DNA of 64,000 bases, from NCBI GenBank assembly GCA_964016885.1, contig OZ024744.1, positions 127,906,001 to 127,970,000 on the forward strand, in the 5' to 3' direction. Position numbers and translations under genes: made by a program. How positions within the stretch are numbered: the stretch's first letter is position 1; each line of letters starts with the position of its first letter. The notes under the pieces were generated by a model, which saw nothing but the letters and a program-made list of their open reading frames with translations, searched no databases and was not told where the DNA came from. Source of the stretch: Eledone cirrhosa. Its lineage: Eukaryota. Shown here one piece after another: positions 23,001-36,730 of this stretch.

Positions 23001-26000
23001 TTGAGTTAATTTGGGGTTAAGTTAAGTTGGGGTTAACTTAAGTTGGGGTTAAGTTAAGTTGGGGTTAAGTTAAGTTGGGGGTAAGTTAAGTTGGGGGCAA
23101 GCTAAGTTGGGGTTCAGTTAAGTTGGGGTTAAGTTAATTTGGGGCTGAGTTAAGTTGGGGTTAAGTTAAGTTCGGGTTGAGTTAAGTTGGGGTTAAGTTA
23201 AGTTGGGGTTAAGTTAAGTTGGGGTTAAGTTAAGTTGGGGTTAAGATAAGTTGGGGTTAAGTTAAGTTGGGGTTAATTTAAGTTGGGGTTGAGTTAACTT
23301 GGGTTTAAGTTAAGTTGGGCTTAACTTAAGTTGGGGTTAAGTTAAGTTGGGGTTAAGTTAAGTTGGGGGTAAGTTAAGTTGGGGGCAAGTTAAGTTGGGG
23401 TTAATTTAAGTTGGGGTTAAGTTAAGTTGGGGTTAAGTTAAGTTGGGGGTAACTTAAGTTGGGGTTAAGTTAAGTTGAGGGTAAGTTAAGTTGAGGTTAA
23501 GTTAAGTTGGGGTTAAGTTAAGTTGGGGGTAAGTTAAGTTGGGGGTAAGTTAAGTTGGGGTTAAGTTAAGTTGGGGTTAAATTAAGTTGAGGTTAAGTTA
23601 ATTTGGGGTTAAGTTAAGTTGGGGTTAAGTTAAGTTGGGGGTAAGATAAGTTGGGGCTAAGTTAAGTTGGGGCTAAGTCAAGTTGGGGTTAAGTCAAGTT
23701 GGGGTTAAGTCAAGTTGAGGTTAACTTAAGTTGGGGTTAAGTTAAGTTGGGGTTAAGTTAAGTTGGGGTTAAGGTAAGTTGGGGTTAAGTTAAGTTGGGG
23801 CTAAGTTAAGTTGGGGCTAAGTTAAGTTGGGGCTGAGTTAAGTTGGGGTTAAGTTGGGGTTGAGTTAAGTTGGGGTTAAGTTAAGTTGGGATTAAGTTAA
23901 GTTGGGGTTAAGTTAAGTTCGGGTTGAGTTAAGTTGGGGTTAAGTTAAGTTGGGGTTAATTTAAGTTGGGGTTAAGTTAAGTTGGGGTTAAGATAAGTTG
24001 GGGTTAAGTTAAGTTGGGGTTAAGTTATGTTGGGGTTGAGTTAATTTGGGGTTAAGTTAAGTTGGGGTTAACTTAAGTTGGGGTTAAGTTAAGTTGGGGT
24101 TAAGTTAAGTTGGGGGTAAGTTAAGTCGGGGTTAAGTTAAGTTGGGGTTAAGTTAAGTTGGGTTTAAGTTAAGTTGGGGCTAAGTTAAGTTGGGGCTAAG
24201 TTAAGTTGGGGCTGAGTTAAGTTGGGGGTAACTTAAGTTGGGTATAAGTTAAGTTGGGGTTAAGTTAAGTTGGGGTTCAGTTCAGTTGGGGTTAAGTTAA
24301 GTTGGGGTTAAGTTAAGCTGGGGTTAAGTTAAGTTGGGGTTAATTTAAGTTGGGGTTAAGTTAAGTTGGGGTTGAGTTAAGTTGGGGTTGAGTTAAGCTG
24401 GGGTTAATTTAAGTTGGGGTTAAGTTAAGTTGGGGTTAAGTTAAGTTGGGGTTAAGTTAAGTTGGGGGTAAGTTAAGTTGGGGGCAAGTTAAGTTGGGGT
24501 TAAGTTAAGTTGGGGTTAAGTTAAGTTGGGGTTAAGTTAAGTTAGGGTTAATTTAAGTTGGGGTTATGTTAAGTTGGGGTTAAGTTAAGTTGGGGTTAAG
24601 TTAAGTTGGTGTTAAGTAAAGTTGGGGTTAAGTTAAGTTGTGGGTTAAGTTAAGTTGGGGTTAAGTTAAGTTGGGGTTAAGTTAAGTTGGTGTTAAGTAA
24701 AGTTGGGCTTAAGTTAAGTTGGGTTTGAGTTAAGTTGGGGCTAAGTTAAGTTAGGGCTAAGTTAAGTTGGGGTTAAGTTAAGTTGGGGCTAGGTTAAGTT
24801 GGGTCTAAGTTAAGTTGGGGTTAAGTTAAGTTGGGGTTAAGTTCAGTTGGGGTTAACTTAAGTTGGGGTTAAGTTAAGTTGGGGTTAAGTTAAGTTGGGG
24901 GTAAGTTAAGTCGGGGTTAAGTTAAGTTGGGGTTAAGTTAAGTTGGGTTTAAGTTAAGTTGGGGCTAAGTTAAGTTGGGGCTAAGTTAAGTTGGGGCTGA
25001 GTTAAGTTGGGGGTAACTTAAGTTGGGTATAAGTAAAGTTGGGGTTAAGTTAAGTTGTGGGTTAAGTTAAGTTGGGGTTAAGTTAAGTTGGGGTTAAGTT
25101 AAGTTGGGGGTAAGTTAAGTTGGGTGTAAGTTAAGTTGGGGTTAAGTTAAAATGTGGTTAAGTTCAGTTGGGGTTAAGTTAAGTTGGGGTTAAGTTAAGT
25201 TGGGGGTAAGTTAAGTTGGGGGCAAGTTAAGTTGGGGTTAAGTTAAGTTGGGGTTAAGTTAAGTTGGGGTTAAGTTAAGTTGGGGTTAAGTTAAGTTGGG
25301 GTTAAGTTAAGTTAGGGTTAATTTCAGTTGGGGTTATGTTAAGTTGGGGTTAAGTTAAGTTGGGGTTAAGTTAAAGTTGGGGTTAAGTTAAGTTGGGGTA
25401 AAGTTAAGTTAGGGTTAAGTTGAGTTGGGGTTAATTTAAGTTGGGGTTAAATTAAGTTGGGGTTAAGTTAAGTTGGGGTTAAGGTAAGTTGGGGTTAAAT
25501 TAAGTTGGGGTTCAGTTAAGTTGGGGTTAAATTAAGTTGGGGTTAAGTTAAGTTGGGGTTAGTTAAGTTGCGGTTAAGTTAAGTTGGGGTTAAGTTAAGT
25601 TGGGGTTAAGTTAAGTTGGCGTTAAGTTAAGTTGGGGTTAAGTTAAGTTGGGGTTAAATTAAGTTGGGGTTAAGTTAAGTTGGGGTTAATTTAAGTTGGG
25701 GTTAAGTTAAGTTGGGGTTAAGTTAAGTTGGAGTTAAGTCAAGTTGGGGTTAAGTCAAGTTGCGGTTAAGTCAAGTTGGGGTTAAGTCAAGTTGGGGTTA
25801 AGTTAAGTTGGGGTTAAGTTAAGTTGGGGTTAACTTAAGTTGGGGTTAATTTGGGGTTAAGTTAAGTTGGGGTTAAATTAAGTTGGGGGTTAGTTAAGTT
25901 GGGGCAAGTTAAGTTGGGGTTAATTTAAGTTGGGGTTAAGTTAAGTTGGGGTTATGTTAAGTTGGGGTTAAGTTAAGTTGGGGTTAAGTTAAGTTGGGGG

Positions 26001-27740
26001 TAAGTTAAGTTGGGGTTAAGTTAAGTTGGGGGTAAGTTAAGTTGAGGGTAAGTTAAGTTGGGGTTAAGTTAAGTTGGGGTTAAATTAAGTTGAGGTTAAG
26101 TTAAGTTGGGGTTAAGTTAAGTTGGGGGTAAGATAAGTTGGGGGTAAGATAAGTTGGGGCTAAGTTAAGTTGGGGCTAAGTCAAGTTGGGGTTAATTCAA
26201 GTTGAGGTTAACTTAAGTTGGGGTTAAGTTAAGTTGGGGTTAATTTAAGTTGGGGTTAAGTTAAGTTGGGGTTAAGATAAGTTAGGGTTAAGTTAAGTTG
26301 GGGTTAAGTTAAGTTGGGGTTGAGTTAATTTGGGGTTAAGTTAAGTTGGGGTTAACTTAAGTTGGGGTTAATTTAAGTTGGGGTTGAGTTAAGTTCGGGT
26401 TAAGTTAAGTTCGGGTTGAGTTAAGTTGGGGTTAAGTTAAGTTGGGGTTAAGTTAAGTTGGGGTTAAGTTAAGTTGGGGTTAAGATAAGTTGGGGTTAAG
26501 TTAAGTTGGGGTTAATTTAAGTTGGGGTTGAGTTAATTTGGGTTTAAGTTAAGTTGGGCTTAACTTAAGTTGGGGTTAAGTTGGGGTTAAGTTAAGTTGG
26601 GGTTAAGTTAAGTTGGGGTTAAGTTAAGTTGGGGGTAAGTTAAGTTGGGGGCAAGTTAAGTTGGGGTTAATTTAAGTTGGGGTTAAGTTAAGTTGGGGTT
26701 ATGTTAAGTTGGGGTTAATTTAAGTTGGGGTTAAGTTAAGTTGGGGGTAACTTAAGTTGAGGGTAAGTTAAGTTGAGGGTAAGTTAAGTTGAGGGTAAGT
26801 TAAGTTGAGGTTAAGTTAAGTTGGGGTTAAGTTAAGTTGGGGGTAAGTTAAGTTGGGGGTAAGTTAAGTTGGGGTTAAGTTAAGTTGGGGTTAAATTAAG
26901 TTGAGGTTAAGTTAATTTGGGGTTAAGTTAAGTTGGGGTTAAGTTAAGTTGGGGGTAAGATAAGTTGGGGCTAAGTTAAGTTGGGGCTAAGTCAAGTTGG
27001 GGTTAAGTCAAGTTGAGGTTAACTTAAGTTGGGGTTAAGTTAAGTTGGGGTTAAGTTAAGTTGGGGTTAAGGTAAGTTGGGGTTAAGTTAAGTTGGGGCT
27101 AAGTTAAGTTGGGGCTAAGTTAAGTTGGGGCTGAGTCAAGTTGGGGTTAAGTTGGGGTTGAGTTAAGTTGGGTTTAAGTTAAGTTGGGATTAAGTTAAGT
27201 TGGGGTTAAGTTAAGTTCGGGTTGAGTTAAGTTGGGGTTAAGTTAAGTTGGGGTTAATTTAAGTTGGGGTTAAGTTAAGTTGGGGTTAAGATAAGTTGGG
27301 GTTAAGTTAAGTTGGGGTTAGGTTAAGTTGGGGTTGAGTTAATTTGGGGTTAAGTTAAGTTGGGGTTAACTTAAGTTGGGGTTAAGTTAAGTTGGGGTTA
27401 AGTTAAGTTGGGGGTAAGTTAAGTTGGGGGCAAGTTGAGTTGGGGTTAAGTTAAGTTGGGGTTAAGTTAAGGTGGGGGTAAGTTAAGTTGGGGGTAAGTT
27501 AAGTTGGGGTTAAGTTAAGTTGGGGTTAAGTTAAGTTGGGTTTAAGTTAAGTTGGGGCTAAGTCTAGTTGGGGCTAAGTTAAGTTGGGGCTGAGTTAAGT
27601 TGGGGTTAAGTTAAGTTGGGGTTGAGTTAAGTTGGGGTTAACTTAAGTTGGGGTTAAGTTGGGGTTAAGTTAAGTTGGGGTTAAATTAAGTTGGGGGTTA
27701 GTTAAGTTGCGGCAAGTTAAGTTGGGGTTAATTTAAGTTG
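13560..27740 (+). repeat. ~7.0-7.2 kb tandem duplication (junction ~20580)
   Basis: ggag 13652/20673 and tctag 14657/21678 (offset 7021); ttaacttggg 16211/23297 (7086); aaaatgtgg 18095/25149 (7054); gataagttaggg 19183/26284 (7101); tctag 20398/27563 (7165). The offset drifts through monomer-scale indels. Confidence 0.85.
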
Positions 27741-30700
27741 GGGTTAAGTTAAGTTGGGGTTATGTTAAGTTGGGGTTAAGTTAAGTTGGGGTTAAGTTAA
27801 GTTGGGGGTAAGTTAATTTGGGGCTGAGTTAAGATAGGGTTAAGTTAAGTTCGGGTTGAGTTAAGTTGGGGTTAAGTTAAGTTGGGGTTAAGTTAAGTTG
27901 GGATTAAGTTAAGTTGGGGTTAAGATAAGTTGGGGTTAAGTTAAGTTGGGGTTAATTTAAGTTGGGGTTGAGTTAAGTTCGGGTTAAGTTAAGTTCGGGT
28001 TGAGTTAAGTTGGGGTTAAGTTAAGTTGGGGTTAAGTTAAGTTGGGGTTAAGTTAAGTTGGGGTTAAGATAAGTTGGGGTGAAGTTAAGTTGGGGTTAAT
28101 TTAAGTTGGGGTTGAGTTAATTTGGGTTTAAGTTAAGTTGGGCTTAACTTAAGTTGGGGTTAAGTTGGGGTTAAGTTAAGTTGGGGTTAAGTTAAGTTGG
28201 GGTTAAGTTAAGTTGGGGGTAAGTTAAGTTGGGGGCAAGTTAAGTTGGGGTTAATTTAAGTTGGGGTTAAGTTAAGTTGGGGTTATGTTAAGTTGGGGTT
28301 AATTTAAGTTGGGGTTAAGTTAAGTTGGGGGTAACTTAAGTTGAGGGTAAGTTAAGTTGAGGGTAAGTTAAGTTGAGGGTAAGTTAAGTTGAGGTTAAGT
28401 TAAGTTGGGGTTAAGTTAAGTTGGGGGTAAGTTAAGTTGGGGGTAAGTTAAGTTGGGGTTAAGTTAAGTTGGGGTTAAATTAAGTTGAGGTTAAGTTAAT
28501 TTGGGGTTAAGTTAAGTTGGGGTTAAGTTAAGTTGGGGGTAAGATAAGTTGGGGCTAAGTTAAGTTGGGGCTAAGTCAAGTTGGGGTTAAGTCAAGTTGA
28601 GGTTAACTTAAGTTGGGGTTAAGTTAAGTTGGGGTTAAGTTAAGTTGGGGTTAAGGTAAGTTGGGGTTAAGTTAAGTTGGGGCTAAGTTAAGTTGGGGCT
28701 AAGTTAAGTTGGGTCTGAGTTAAGTTGGGGTTAAGTTGCGGTTGAGTTAAGTTGGGGTTAAGTTAAGTTGGGATTAAGTTAAGTTGGGGTTAAGTTAAGT
28801 TCGGGTTGAGTTAAGTTGGGGTTAAGTTAAGTTGGGGTTAATTTAAGTTGGGGTTAAGTTAAGTTGGGGTTAAGATAAGTTGGGGTTAAGTTAAGTTGGG
28901 GTTAGGTTAAGTTGGGGTTGAGTTAATTTGGGGTTAAGTTAAGTTGGGGTTAACTTAAGTTGGGGTTAAGTTAAGTTGGGGTTAAGTTAAGTTGGGGGTA
29001 AGTTAAGTTGGGGGCAAGTTGAGTTGGGGTTAAGTTAAGTTGGGGTTAAGTTAAGGTGGGGGTAAGTTAAGTTGGGGGTAAGTTAAGTTGGGGTTAAGTT
29101 AAGTTGGGGTTAAGTTAAGTTGGGTTTAAGTTAAGTTGGGGCTAAGTCTAGTTGGGGCTAAGTTAAGTTGGGGCTGAGTTAAGTTGGGGTTAAGTTAAGT
29201 TGGGGTTGAGTTAAGTTGGGGTTAACTTAAGTTGGGGTTAAGTTGGGATTAAGTTAAGTTGGGGTTAAATTAAGTTGGGGGTTAGTTAAGTTGCGGCAAG
29301 TTAAGTTGGGGTTAATTTAAGTTGGGGTTAAGTTAAGTTGGGGTTATGTTAAGTTGGGGTTAAGTTAAGTTGGGGTTAAGTTAAGTTGGGGGTAAGTTAA
29401 TTTGGGGCTGAGTTAAGATAGGGTTAAGTTAAGTTCGGGTTGAGTTAAGTTGGGGTTAAGTTAAGTTGGGGTTAAGTTAAGTTGGGATTAAGTTAAGTTG
29501 GGGTTAAGATAAGTTGGGGTTAAGTTAAGTTGGGGTTAATTTAAGTTGGGGTTGAGTTAAGTTCGGGTTAAGTTAAGTTCGGGTTGAGTTAAGTTGGGGT
29601 TAAGTTAAGTTGGGGTTAAGTTAAGTTGGGGTTAAGTTAAGTTGGGGTTAAGATAAGTTGGGGTTAAGTTAAGTTGGGGTTAATTTAAGTTGGGGTTGAG
29701 TTAATTTGGGTTTAAGTTAAGTTGGGCTTAACTTAAGTTGGGGTTAAGTTGGGGTTAAGTTAAGTTGGGGTTAAGTTAAGTTGGGGTTAAGTTAAGTTGG
29801 GGGTAAGTTAAGTTGGGGGCAAGTTAAGTTGGGGTTAATTTAAGTTGGGGTTAAGTTAAGTTGGGGTTATGTTAAGTTGGGGTTAATTTAAGTTGGGGTT
29901 AAGTTAAGTTGGGGGTAACTTAAGTTGAGGGTAAGTTAAGTTGAGGGTAAGTTAAGTTGAGGGTAAGTTAAGTTGAGGTTAAGTTAAGTTGGGGTTAAGT
30001 TAAGTTGGGGGTAAGTTAAGTTGGGGGTAAGTTAAGTTGGGGTTAAGTTAAGTTGGGGTTAAATTAAGTTGAGGTTAAGTTAATTTGGGGTTAAGTTAAG
30101 TTGGGGTTAAGTTAAGTTGGGGGTAAGATAAGTTGGGGCTAAGTTAAGTTGGGGCTAAGTCAAGTTGGGGTTAAGTCAAGTTGAGGTTAACTTAAGTTGG
30201 GGTTAAGTTAAGTTGGGGTTAAGTTAAGTTGGGGTTAAGGTAAGTTGGGGTTAAGTTAAGTTGGGGCTAAGTTAAGTTGGGGCTAAGTTAAGTTGGGTCT
30301 GAGTTAAGTTGGGGTTAAGTTGCGGTTGAGTTAAGTTGGGGTTAAGTTAAGTTGGGATTAAGTTAAGTTGGGGTTAAGTTAAGTTCGGGTTGAGTTAAGT
30401 TGGGGTTAAGTTAAGTTGGGGTTAATTTAAGTTGGGGTTAAGTTAAGTTGGGGTTAAGATAAGTTGGGGTTAAGTTAAGTTGGGGTTAAGTTAAGTTGGG
30501 GTTGAGTTAATTTGGGGTTAAGTTAAGTTGGGGTTAAGGTAAGTTGGGGTTAAGTTAAGTTGGGGCTAAGTTAAGTTGGGGCTAAGTTAAGTTGGGGCTG
30601 AGTTAAGTTGGGGTTAAGTTGCGGTTGAGTTAAGTTGGGGTTAAGTTAAGTTGGGATTAAGTTAAGTTGGGGTTAAGTTAAGTTCGGGTTGAGTTAAGTT

Positions 30701-33700
30701 GGGGTTAAGTTAAGTTGGGGTTAATTTAAGTTGGGGTTAAGTTAAGTTGGGGTTAAGATAAGTTGGGGTTAAGTTAAGTTGGGGTTAAGTTAAGTTGGGG
30801 TTGAGTTAATTTGGGGTTAAGTTAAGTTGGGGTTAACTTAAGTTGGGGTTAAGTTAAGTTGGGGTTAAGTTAAGTTGGGGGTAAGTTAAGTTGGGGGCAA
30901 GCTAAGTTGGGGTTCAGTTAAGTTGGGGTTAAGTTAATTTGGGGCTGAGTTAAGTTGGGGTTAAGTTAAGTTCGGGTTGAGTTAAGTTGGGGTTAAGTTA
31001 AGTTGGGGTTAAGTTAAGTTGGGGTTAAGTTAAGTTGGGGTTAAGATAAGTTGGGGTTAAGTTAAGTTGGGGTTAATTTAAGTTGGGGTTGAGTTAACTT
31101 GGGTTTAAGTTAAGTTGGGCTTAACTTAAGTTGGGGTTAAGTTAAGTTGGGGTTAAGTTAAGTTGGGGGTAAGTTAAGTTGGGGGCAAGTTAAGTTGGGG
31201 TTAATTTAAGTTGGGGTTAAGTTAAGTTGGGGTTAAGTTAAGTTGGGGGTAACTTAAGTTGGGGTTAAGTTAAGTTGAGGGTAAGTTAAGTTGAGGTTAA
31301 GTTAAGTTGGGGTTAAGTTAAGTTGGGGGTAAGTTAAGTTGGGGGTAAGTTAAGTTGGGGTTAAGTTAAGTTGGGGTTAAATTAAGTTGAGGTTAAGTTA
31401 ATTTGGGGTTAAGTTAAGTTGGGGTTAAGTTAAGTTGGGGGTAAGATAAGTTGGGGCTAAGTTAAGTTGGGGCTAAGTCAAGTTGGGGTTAAGTCAAGTT
31501 GGGGTTAAGTCAAGTTGAGGTTAACTTAAGTTGGGGTTAAGTTAAGTTGGGGTTAAGTTAAGTTGGGGTTAAGGTAAGTTGGGGTTAAGTTAAGTTGGGG
31601 CTAAGTTAAGTTGGGGCTAAGTTAAGTTGGGGCTGAGTTAAGTTGGGGTTAAGTTGGGGTTGAGTTAAGTTGGGGTTAAGTTAAGTTGGGATTAAGTTAA
31701 GTTGGGGTTAAGTTAAGTTCGGGTTGAGTTAAGTTGGGGTTAAGTTAAGTTGGGGTTAATTTAAGTTGGGGTTAAGTTAAGTTGGGGTTAAGATAAGTTG
31801 GGGTTAAGTTAAGTTGGGGTTAAGTTATGTTGGGGTTGAGTTAATTTGGGGTTAAGTTAAGTTGGGGTTAACTTAAGTTGGGGTTAAGTTAAGTTGGGGT
31901 TAAGTTAAGTTGGGGGTAAGTTAAGTCGGGGTTAAGTTAAGTTGGGGTTAAGTTAAGTTGGGTTTAAGTTAAGTTGGGGCTAAGTTAAGTTGGGGCTAAG
32001 TTAAGTTGGGGCTGAGTTAAGTTGGGGGTAACTTAAGTTGGGTATAAGTTAAGTTGGGGTTAAGTTAAGTTGGGGTTCAGTTCAGTTGGGGTTAAGTTAA
32101 GTTGGGGTTAAGTTAAGCTGGGGTTAAGTTAAGTTGGGGTTAATTTAAGTTGGGGTTAAGTTAAGTTGGGGTTGAGTTAAGTTGGGGTTGAGTTAAGCTG
32201 GGGTTAATTTAAGTTGGGGTTAAGTTAAGTTGGGGTTAAGTTAAGTTGGGGTTAAGTTAAGTTGGGGGTAAGTTAAGTTGGGGGCAAGTTAAGTTGGGGT
32301 TAAGTTAAGTTGGGGTTAAGTTAAGTTGGGGTTAAGTTAAGTTAGGGTTAATTTCAGTTGGGGTTGAGTTAAGTTGGGGTTAAGTTAAGTTAGGGTTAAT
32401 TTAAGTTGGGGTTATGTTAAGTTGGGGTTAAGTTAAGTTGGGGTTAAGTTAAGTTGGTGTTAAGTAAAGTTGGGGTTAAGTTAAGTTGTGGGTTAAGTTA
32501 AGTTGGGGTTAAGTTAAGTTGGGGTTAAGTTAAGTTGGTGTTAAGTAAAGTTGGGCTTAAGTTAAGTTGGGTTTGAGTTAAGTTGGGGCTAAGTTAAGTT
32601 AGGGCTAAGTTAAGTTGGGGTTAAGTTAAGTTGGGGCTAGGTTAAGTTGGGTCTAAGTTAAGTTGGGGTTAAGTTAAGTTGGGGTTAAGTTCAGTTGGGG
32701 TTAACTTAAGTTGGGGTTAAGTTAAGTTGGGGTTAAGTTAAGTTGGGGGTAACTTAAGTCGGGGTTAAGTTAAGTTGGGGTTAAGTTAAGTTGGGTTTAA
32801 GTTAAGTTGGGGCTAAGTTAAGTTGGGGCTAAGTTAAGTTGGGGCTGAGTTAAGTTGGGGGTAACTTAAGTTGGGTATAAGTAAAGTTGGGGTTAAGTTA
32901 AGTTGTGGGTTAAGTTAAGTTGGGGTTAAGTTAAGTTGGGGTTAAGTTAAGTTGGGGGTAAGTTAAGTTGGGTGTAAGTTAAGTTGGGGTTAAGTTAAAA
33001 TGTGGTTAAGTTCAGTTGGGGTTAAGTTAAGTTGGGGTTAAGTTAAGTTGGGGGTAAGTTAAGTTGGGGGCAAGTTAAGTTGGGGTTAAGTTAAGTTGGG
33101 GTTAAGTTAAGTTGGGGTTAAGTTAAGTTGGGGTTAAGTTAAGTTGGGGTTAAGTTAAGTTAGGGTTAATTTCAGTTGGGGTTATGTTAAGTTGGGGTTA
33201 AGTTAAGTTGGGGTTAAGTTAAAGTTGGGGTTAAGTTAAGTTGGGGTAAAGTTAAGTTAGGGTTAAGTTGAGTTGGGGTTAAGTTAAGTTGGGGTTAAAT
33301 TAAGTTGGGGTTAAGTTAAGTTGGGGTTAAGGTAAGTTGGGGTTAAATTAAGTTGGGGTTCAGTTAAGTTGGGGTTAAATTAAGTTGGGGTTAAGTTAAG
33401 TTGGGGTTAGTTAAGTTGCGGTTAAGTTAAGTTGGGGTTAAGTTAAGTTGGGGTTAAGTTAAGTTGGCGTTAAGTTAAGTTGGGGTTAAGTTAAGTTGGG
33501 GTTAAATTAAGTTGGGGTTAAGTTAAGTTGGGGTTAATTTAAGTTGGGGTTAAGTTAAGTTGGGGTTAAGTTAAGTTGGAGTTAAGTCAAGTTGGGGTTA
33601 AGTCAAGTTGCGGTTAAGTCAAGTTGGGGTTAAGTCAAGTTGGGGTTAAGTTAAGTTGGGGTTAAGTTAAGTTGGGGTTAACTTAAGTTGGGGTTAATTT

Positions 33701-36700
33701 GGGGTTAAGTTAAGTTGGGGTTAAATTAAGTTGGGGGTTAGTTAAGTTGGGGCAAGTTAAGTTGGGGTTAATTTAAGTTGGGGTTAAGTTAAGTTGGGTT
33801 TATGTTAAGTTGGGGTTAAGTTAAGTTGGGGTTAAGTTAAGTTGGGGGTAAGTTAAGTTGGGGTTAAGTTAAGTTGGGGGTAAGTTAAGTTGAGGGTAAG
33901 TTAAGTTGGGGTTAAGTTAAGTTGGGGTTAAATTAAGTTGAGGTTAAGTTAAGTTGGGGTTAAGTTAAGTTGGGGGTAAGATAAGTTGGGGGTAAGATAA
34001 GTTGGGGCTAAGTTAAGTTGTGGCTAAGTCAAGTTGGGGTTAATTCAAGTTGAGGTTAACTTAAGTTGGGGTTAAGTTAAGTTGGGGTTAATTTAAGTTG
34101 GGGTTAAGTTAAGTTGGGGTTAAGATAAGTTAGGGTTAAGTTAAGTTGGGGTTAAGTTAAGTTGGGGTTGAGTTAATTTGGGGTTAAGTTAAGTTGGGGT
34201 TAACTTAAGTTGGGGTTAATTTAAGTTGGGGTTGAGTTAAGTTCGGGTTAAGTTAAGTTCGGGTTGAGTTAAGTTGGGGTTAAGTTAAGTTGGGGTTAAG
34301 TTAAGTTGGGGTTAAGTTAAGTTGGGGTTAAGATAAGTTGGGGTTAAGTTAAGTTGGGGTTAATTTAAGTTGGGGTTGAGTTAATTTGGGTTTAAGTTAA
34401 GTTGGGCTTAACTTAAGTTGGGGTTAAGTTGGGGTTAAGTTAAGTTGGGGTTAAGTTAAGTTGGGGTTAAGTTAAGTTGGGGGTAAGTTAAGTTGGGGGC
34501 AAGTTAAGTTGGGGTTAATTTAAGTTGGGGTTAAGTTAAGTTGGGGTTATGTTAAGTTGGGGTTAATTTAAGTTGGGGTTAAGTTAAGTTGGGGGTAACT
34601 TAAGTTGAGGGTAAGTTAAGTTGAGGGTAAGTTAAGTTGAGGGTAAGTTAAGTTGAGGTTAAGTTAAGTTGGGGTTAAGTTAAGTTGGGGGTAAGTTAAG
34701 TTGGGGGTAAGTTAAGTTGGGGTTAAGTTAAGTTGGGGTTAAATTAAGTTGAGGTTAAGTTAATTTGGGGTTAAGTTAAGTTGGGGTTAAGTTAAGTTGG
34801 GGGTAAGATAAGTTGGGGCTAAGTTAAGTTGGGGCTAAGTCAAGTTGGGGTTAAGTCAAGTTGAGGTTAACTTAAGTTGGGGTTAAGTTAAGTTGGGGTT
34901 AAGTTAAGTTGGGGTTAAGGTAAGTTGGGGTTAAGTTAAGTTGGGGCTAAGTTAAGTTGGGGCTAAGTTAAGTTGGGGCTGAGTTAAGTTGGGGTTAAGT
35001 TGGGGTTGAGTTAAGTTGGGGTTAAGTTAAGTTGGGATTAAGTTAAGTTGGGGTTAAGTTAAGTTCGGGTTGAGTTAAGTTGGGGTTAAGTTAAGTTGGG
35101 GTTAATTTAAGTTGGGGTTAAGTTAAGTTGGGGTTAAGATAAGTTGGGGTTAAGTTAAGTTGGGGTTAGGTTAAGTTGGGGTTGAGTTAATTTGGGGTTA
35201 AGTTAAGTTGGGGTTAACTTAAGTTGGGGTTAAGTTAAGTTGGGGTTAAGTTAAGTTGGGGGTAAGTTAAGTTGGGGGCAAGTTGAGTTGGGGTTAAGTT
35301 AAGTTGGGGTTAAGTTAAGGTGGGGGTAAGTTAAGTTGGGGGTAAGTTAAGTTGGGGTTAAGTTAAGTTGGGGTTAAGTTAAGTTGGGTTTAAGTTAAGT
35401 TGGGGCTAAGTCTAGTTGGGGCTAAGTTAAGTTGGGGCTGAGTTAAGTTGGGGTTAAGTTAAGTTGGGGTTGAGTTAAGTTGGGGTTAACTTAAGTTGGG
35501 GTTAAGTTGGGGTTAAGTTAAGTTGGGGTTAAATTAAGTTGGGGGTTAGTTAAGTTGCGGCAAGTTAAGTTGGGGTTAATTTAAGTTGGGGTTAAGTTAA
35601 GTTGGGGTTATGTTAAGTTGGGGTTAAGTTAAGTTGGGGTTAAGTTAAGTTGGGGGTAAGTTAATTTGGGGCTGAGTTAAGATAGGGTTAAGTTAAGTTC
35701 GGGTTGAGTTAAGTTGGGGTTAAGTTAAGTTGGGGTTAAGTTAAGTTGGGATTAAGTTAAGTTGGGGTTAAGATAAGTTGGGGTTAAGTTAAGTTGGGGT
35801 TAATTTAAGTTGGGGTTGAGTTAAGTTCGGGTTAAGTTAAGTTCGGGTTGAGTTAAGTTGGGGTTAAGTTAAGTTGGGGTTAAGTTAAGTTGGGGTTAAG
35901 TTAAGTTGGGGTTAAGATAAGTTGGGGTTAAGTTAAGTTGGGGTTAATTTAAGTTGGGGTTGAGTTAATTTGGGTTTAAGTTAAGTTGGGCTTAACTTAA
36001 GTTGGGGTTAAGTTGGGGTTAAGTTAAGTTGGGGTTAAGTTAAGTTGGGGGTAAGTTAAGTTGGGGGCAAGTTAAGTTGGGGTTAATTTAAGTTGGGGTT
36101 AAGTTAAGTTGGGGTTATGTTAAGTTGGGGTTAATTTAAGTTGGGGTTAAGTTAAGTTGGGGGTAACTTAAGTTGAGGGTAAGTTAAGTTGAGGGTAAGT
36201 TAAGTTGAGGGTAAGTTAAGTTGAGGTTAAGTTAAGTTGGGGTTAAGTTAAGTTGGGGGTAAGTTAAGTTGGGGGTAAGTTAAGTTGGGGTTAAGTTAAG
36301 TTGGGGTTAAATTAAGTTGAGGTTAAGTTAATTTGGGGTTAAGTTAAGTTGGGGTTAAGTTAAGTTGGGGGTAAGATAAGTTGGGGCTAAGTTAAGTTGG
36401 GGCTAAGTCAAGTTGGGGTTAAGTCAAGTTGAGGTTAACTTAAGTTGGGGTTAAGTTAAGTTGGGGTTAAGTTAAGTTGGGGTTAAGGTAAGTTGGGGTT
36501 AAGTTAAGTTGGGGCTAAGTTAAGTTGGGGCTAAGTTAAGTTGGGTCTGAGTTAAGTTGGGGTTAAGTTGCGGTTGAGTTAAGTTGGGGTTAAGTTAAGT
36601 TGGGATTAAGTTAAGTTGGGGTTAAGTTAAGTTCGGGTTGAGTTAAGTTGGGGTTAAGTTAAGTTGGGGTTAATTTAAGTTGGGGTTAAGTTAAGTTGGG

Positions 36701-36730
36701 GTTAAGATAAGTTGGGGTTAAGTTAAGTTG
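22730..36730 (+). repeat. ~7.8 kb-offset duplication (~22730-28900 repeated at ~30530-36730)
   Basis: Printed lines 22741/30541, 22801/30601 and 24001/31801 (private aagttatgt) match at offset 7800. A 48-bp indel at 24550/32350 gives 7848 (aaaatgtgg 25149/32997). Later gggtctgag 28714/36546 gives 7832. Confidence 0.88.
27200..30490 (+). repeat. 1,584-bp tandem duplication
   Basis: ttaggtt 27320/28904, tctag 27563/29147 and gggtctgag 28714/30298 all give offset 1584. Confidence 0.88.
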
